This document shows, one piece after another, positions 60,333 through 64,000 of a DNA stretch of 64,000 nucleotides. The position numbers and the translations under genes are program-made. Origin of the DNA: Isurus oxyrinchus (lineage: Eukaryota); NCBI GenBank assembly GCA_026770705.1, contig JANJGN010000016.1, positions 88,226,001 through 88,290,000 on the forward strand. Direction: 5' to 3'. The notes below the pieces were generated by a model, which did not search any database, was not told the DNA's origin, and was given only the letters and a program-made list of their open reading frames with translations. How positions within the stretch are numbered: position 1 is the stretch's first letter; each line of letters begins with the position of its first letter.

Positions 60333-63300
60333 ACTTACTTCACAATCCAGTCTGTGTACTCAGGTACATCACACTTCACAATCCAGTCTGTGTACTCAGG
60401 TACATCACACTTCACAATCCAGTCTTTCTACTCAGGTACATCACTCTTCACAATCCAGGCTGTGTACTCAGGTACACCACACTTCAAAATCCAGTCTGTG
60501 TACTCAGGCATGTCACACTTCACAATCCAGTCTGTATACTCAGGTACATCACAATTCACATTCCAGTCTGTATACTCAGGTACATCACACTTCACAATCC
60601 AGTCTGCGTACTCAGGCACGTCACACCTCACAATCCAGATTGTGTACTCAGGTACACCACGCTTCACAATCCAGTCTGGGTGCTCAGGAACATCACACTT
60701 CACAAACCAGTCTGTGTACTCAGGTACATCACACGTCACAATCCAGTCTGTGTACTCAAGCACGAAACACTTCACAATCCAGTCTGTGTACTCAGGTACA
60801 CCACACTTCAAAATCCAGTCTGTGTACTCAGGCAAGTCAAACTTCACAATCCAGTCTGTGTACTCAGGTACATCACACTTCACAATCCAGTATGTGTACT
60901 CAGGCACGTCACACTTCACAATCCAGTATGTGTACTCAGGCACGTCACACTTCACAATCCAGTCTCTGTACTCAGGCACATCACACTTCACAATCCAGTC
61001 TGTGTACTCAGGTACATCACACTTCACAATCCAGTATGTGTACTCAGGCACGTCACACTTCACAATCCAGTCTGTGTACTCATATATACCAGACTTCACA
61101 ATCCAGTCTGTGCACTCAGGCACGTCATACTTCACAATCCAGTCTGTGTACTCAGGCATGTCACACTTCACAATCCAGTCTGTGTACTGATGTACACCAC
61201 ACATCACATTCCTGTCTGTGTATTCAGGGACATCACACTTCACAATCCTGTCTGTGAACTCAGGTACATCACACTTCACAATCCAGTCTGTGAATTCAGG
61301 TACATTACACTTCAGAATCAAGTCTGTGTACTCAGGTACACAACACTTCACAATCCAGTCTGTGTACTCAGGTACATCACATTTCACAATCCTGTCTGTG
61401 CACTCATGTACATCACACTTCACATTCAAGTCTGTGTACTCAGGTACATCGCATTTCACCATCCAGTCTCTGTACTCAGGTACATCACACTTCACATTTC
61501 AGTCGGTGTACTCAGGTACATCACATTTCACAATACAGGCCGTGTACTCAGGTACATCACACTTCACAATCCTGTCTGTGTACTGAGGTACATCACATTT
61601 CACAATCCAGTCTGTGTACTCAGGTCCATCACACTTCACAATCAAGTCTGTGTACTGAGGTACACCACACATCACAATCCAGTCTGTGTACTCAGGAGCA
61701 TCAAACTTCACAATCCAGTCTGTGAACTCAGGTACATCACACTTCACAATCCAGTCTGTGTACTCAGGTACATCACACTTCACAATCCAGTCTGTGTACT
61801 CAGGTACATCACACTTCACAATCCAGTCTGTGTACTCAGGTACATCACACTAAAAAATCCATTCTGTGTACTCAGTTACATCACACTTCACAATCCAATC
61901 TGTGTACTCAGGTACATCACACTTCACAATATAGTCTGTGTACTCAGGTACATCACATTTCACAATCCAGTCTGTGTACTCAGGTACATCACACTTCACA
62001 ATCCAGTCTGTGTACTCAGGTACATCACACTTCACAATCCAGTCTGTGTACTCAGGTACATCACATTTCACAATCCAGTCTGTGTACTCAGGTACATCAC
62101 ATTTCATAATCCAGTCTCTGTACTCAGGTACATGACATTTCAGAATCCAGTCTGTGTACTCAGGCACGTCACACTTCACAATCCAGTCTGTGTACTTATG
62201 TACACCACACTTCACATTCCTGTCTGTGTATTCAGGTACATCACACTTCACAATTCTGACTGTGAACTTAGGTACATCACACTTCACAATCCAGTCAGTG
62301 TATTCAGGTACATTACACTTCAGAATCAAGTATGTGTACTCAGGTACACGACACTTCACAATCCAGTCTGCGTACTCAGGTACATCACACTTCACAATCC
62401 TGTCTGTGCACTCATGTACATCACACTTCACATTCAAGTCTGCGTACTCAGGAGCATCGCATTTCAACATCTAGTCTCTGTACTCAGATACATCACACTT
62501 CACATTTCAGTCTGTGTACTCAGGTACATCACATTTCACAATAGAGTCCGTGTACTCAGGGACATCACACTTAACAATCCTGTCTGTGTACTGAGGTACA
62601 TCACACTTCACAATCCTGTCTGCGTACTGAGGTACATCACACTTCACATTCCAGTCTGTGTACTCAGGTACATCATACTTCACAATCCAGTCTGTGTACT
62701 CAGGTACAACACACATCACAATCCAGTCTGTGTACTCAGGTACATCACACTTCACAATCCAGTCTGTGTACTCAGGTACATCACACTTCACAATCCAGTC
62801 TGTGTACTCAGGTACATCACATTTCATAATCCTGTCTGTGTACTCAGGTACATCACACTTCACAATCCAGTCTGTGTACTCAGGTACATCACACTTCACA
62901 ATCCAGTCTGTGTACTCAGGTACATCACACTACACAATCCAGTCTCTGTACTCAGGTACATCAAACTTCACAATCGAGTCTGTGTACTCAGGTACATCAC
63001 ACTTCACAATCCAGTCTGTGTACTCAGGTACATCACACTTCACAATCCAGTCTGTGTACTCAGGTACATCACACTTCACAATCCAGTCTGTGTACTCAGG
63101 TACATCACACTTCACAATCGCAGTCTGTGTACTCAGGTACATCACACTTCACAATCCAGTCTATTTACTCAGGTACATCACATTTCATAATCCAGTCTTT
63201 CTACTCAGGTACATCACATTTCACAATCCAGTCTGTGTAATCAGGAACATCACATTTCACAATCCAGTCTGTGTACTCAGGTACATCACACTTCACAATC

Positions 63301-64000
63301 CAGTCTGTGTACTCAGGTACATCACACTTCACAATCCAGTCTGTGTACTCACGTATATCGCACTTCACAATCCAGTCTGTATACTCAGGTACATCACACT
63401 TCACAATCCAGTCTGTGTACTCAGGTACATCACATTTTATAATCCAGTCTCTGTACTCAGGTACATCACATTTCACAATCCAGCCTGTGTACTCAGGTAC
63501 ATCACATTTCACAATCCTGGCTGAGTACTCAGGCACGTCACACTTCACAATCCAGTCTGTGTACTCAGTCACATCACACTTCACAATCCAGTCTGTGTAC
63601 TTATGTGCACCACACTTCACATTCCTGTCTGTGTATTCAGGTACATCACACTTCACAATCCTGTCGGTGAACTCAGGTACATCACACTTCACAATCCAGT
63701 TGTGTATTCAGGTACATTACACTTCAGAATCAAGTCTGTGTACTCAGGTACACGACACTTCACAACCCAGTCTGTGTACTCAGGTACATCACACTTCACA
63801 ATCCAGTCTGTTCACTCATGTACATCACACTTCACATTCAAGTCTGCGTACTCAGGTGCATCGCATTTCACCATCTATTCTCTGTACTCAGATACATCAC
63901 ACTTCACATTTCAGTCTGTGTACTCAGGTACATCACATTTCACAATATAGACCGTGTACTCAGGTACATCACACTTCACAATCCTGTCTGTGTACTGAGG
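60333..64000 (+). repeat. 36-bp satellite, ~100 copies, continues beyond window end
   Basis: Unit CAGGTACATCACACTTCACAATCCAGTCTGTGTACT; 12-aa periodicity in all long ORFs here. Confidence 0.98.

Noticed and set aside
60324-63950. 836-aa and other Cys/His-periodic ORFs as a repeat or zinc-binding protein
   Set aside because: Several frames on both strands are open because the unit is 36 bp, and other frames are broken at random. There is no unique N- or C-terminal domain.

Overview
Repeat-rich vertebrate genomic DNA, most likely from a cartilaginous fish (shark). The one clear host gene is an apparently intact, unrearranged immunoglobulin kappa-type (NS4/type III-like) light-chain minilocus on the minus strand, in the one-V/one-J/one-C cluster layout typical of elasmobranchs. 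Its parts are: leader exon 52505-52457, V exon 52270-51976 with a perfect 12-RSS, J 51042-51008 with a 23-RSS, C exon 45330-45002, and AATAAA at 44408-44403. Compact B-cell-type motif clusters lie in the V promoter (TATA, octamer variant, TGACGTGG, Ets-IRF composite), about 3 kb upstream (a second identical Ets-IRF composite), and just past the poly(A) signal (the exact kappaB decamer GGGACTTTCC with E-boxes, paired CCAAT boxes and TGATTGACAG). About 60% of the window is tandem repeat: a G-rich ~24-bp array (1-22240), a G-rich 28-bp array whose consensus contains a perfect splice-donor/U1 site CAGGTAAGT (28873-42230), and a 36-bp satellite (60333-end). The two G-rich arrays each carry a near-identical multi-kb internal duplication. 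The rest is nested CR1, L2, a second LINE family, Harbinger-type DNA transposon relics, a DeuSINE, a probable solo LTR, and two Penelope-like elements that each carry a hammerhead-ribozyme motif. The long Pro/His/Gly-rich ORFs in the ORF track are artefacts of the repeats. All family assignments come from recognising motifs by eye; no database searches were run.
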